From: Escherichia phage T4
Sequence record: MZ375356.1
Reading direction: 5' to 3' (one strand)
DNA: 64,000 bases
The position numbers were made by a program, and so were the translations under genes. A model generated the notes under the pieces. It saw only the letters and a program-made list of their open reading frames with translations, was not told the origin of the DNA and made no database searches. Shown one piece after another: positions 61,486-64,000 of this stretch (the first letter of the stretch is position 1; every line of letters begins with the position of its first letter).

Positions 61486-62493
61486 CATTATGTTCAGATA
61501 AGGTCGTTAATCTTACCCCGGAATTATATCCAGCTGCATGTCACCATGCAGAGCAGACTATATCTCCAACTTGTTAAAGCAAGTTGTCTATCGTTTCGAG
61601 TCACTTGACCCTACTCCCCAAAGGGATAGTCGTTAGGCATTTATGTAGAACCAATTCCATTTATCAGATTTTACACGATAAGTAACTAATCCAGACGAAA
61701 TTTTAAAATGTCTAGCTGCATCTGCTGCACAATCAAAAATAACCCCATCACATGAAATCTTTTTAATATTACTAGGCTTTTTACCTTTCATCTTTTCTGA
61801 TATTTTAGATTTAGTTATGTCTGAATGCTTATGATTAAAGAATGAATTATTTTCACCTGAACGATTTCTGCATTTACTACAAGTATAAGCAGAAGTTTGT
61901 ATGCGAACACCGCACTTACAAAACTTATGGGTTTCTGGATTCCAACGCCCGTTTTTACTTCCGGGTTTACTGTAAAGAGCTTTCCGACCATCAGGTCCAA
62001 GTTTAAGCATCTTAGCTTTAACAGTTTCAGAACGTTTCTTAATAATTTCTTCTTTTAATGGATGCGTAGAACATGTATCACCAAACGTTGCATCAATATT
62101 GTATCCATTAATTTTAGAAAGCTCTTTAATCCAAAAATTTTCTCGTTCAATAATCAAATCTTTCTCATATGGAATTTCTTCCAAAATAGAACATAAACAC
62201 ATTACCATGTTTGTTAAAAGACCTCTGAAGTTTTATAGAAGAATGGCATCCTTTTTCTAAATCTTTAAAATGCCTCTTCCATCTCTTTTCAAAATCTTTA
62301 GCACTTCCTACATATACTTTATTGTTTAAAGTATTTTTAATCTGATAAATTCCGCTTTTCATAAATACCTCTTTAAATATAGAAGTATTTATTAAAGGGC
62401 AGTCCTACAATTTAGCACGGGATTGTCTACTAGAGAGGTTCCCCGTTTAGATAGATTACAAGTATAAGTCACCTTATACTCAGGCCTCAATTA
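61486..62493 (-). mobile_element. group I self-splicing intron in td (1008 nt here) carrying I-TevI
   Basis: Minus strand: exon ...CTTGGGT | TAATTGAGGCCTGAGTATAAGGTGAC... to ...ACATAATG | CTACCG; the 5' sequence is recognised as the td intron. Confidence 0.9.
61633..62362 (-). pseudogene. I-TevI: GIY-YIG homing endonuclease I-TevI, frame-disrupted
   Basis: N-terminal ORF MKSGIYQIKNTLNNKVYVGSAKDFEKRWKRH...NKHGNVF then a frame change; the C-terminal ORF carries the zinc finger CKCGVRIQTSAYTCSKC and DNA-binding domain; 730 nt is not a multiple of 3. Confidence 0.8.
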
Positions 62494-63663
<1,170 letters not shown>

Positions 63664-63685
63664 TCAATGACACATAATATTTTCC

Positions 63686-63928
63686 TCAAACAGACTTTTT
63701 CACAATTTTCCAATCAGCTTTAAACTGCTCGACGTCAGAATGGTAAATCCAAAATCCTGCGCTTTCTCCGTCTTCATAAAGAGGACATCCATCGCATTCA
63801 TCTTCCCATCCCATATCACGTAAAAGATGTTCAGCTTTTTCAACAAGTTCAGAATCTTTACCGATGATATTAAAATACCATTTACCTCTAACTTCTGAAT
63901 CTTTGATGCTCTGGCGTTGTAATCTCAT
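63686..63928 (-). CDS. hypothetical 80-aa protein (frd.1 position)
   Basis: ORF; position only. Confidence 0.5.
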   Translation of the reverse strand: MRLQRQSIKDSEVRGKWYFNIIGKDSELVEKAEHLLRDMGWEDECDGCPLYEDGESAGFWIYHSDVEQFKADWKIVKKSV

Positions 63929-64000
63929 TTTATTCTCCTTAGCAAGCTTTAATCAAAAGATATAAACAGACCAACATAACTGCTGCCATAATATAAGGTG

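Overview
This window is a T4-type (Tevenvirinae) lytic coliphage segment; gene order and many protein sequences match phage T4 as I recall it (no database search was possible). Nt 1-40700 (+ strand) is the late morphogenesis block: baseplate wedge 6-7-8-9-10-11, short tail fibre 12, fibritin wac, neck 13/14, 15, terminase 16/17, sheath 18, tube 19, portal 20, prohead core 67/68/21/22, major capsid 23, vertex 24, then uvsW, uvsY and the baseplate hub/tape-measure genes 25-26-51-27-28-29-48-54. Nt 40700-64000 (- strand) is an early/middle block: alt, DNA ligase 30, a run of small ORFs, rIII, 31, cd, pseT, spanins, alc, rnlA, denA, nrdB and td (each split by a group I intron), mobE, nrdA and frd. 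Late (TATAAATA), early (GTTTAC-N18-TATAGT) and MotA-type middle promoters and GC hairpin terminators sit where expected. No tRNA, rRNA, CRISPR array, integrase or obviously foreign insertion was found, so I see no evidence of a new multi-gene system. The most notable signal is a set of small frame-disrupting lesions confined to accessory genes (hoc, which is also truncated, frd, segD, segE, I-TevI and several small ORFs) while every essential gene is intact; whether these are real or assembly errors cannot be decided from sequence alone. Also worth a look are a NADAR/YbiA-like ORF, a four-copy decamer repeat in the uvsY leader and a duplicated 53-bp early promoter cassette.
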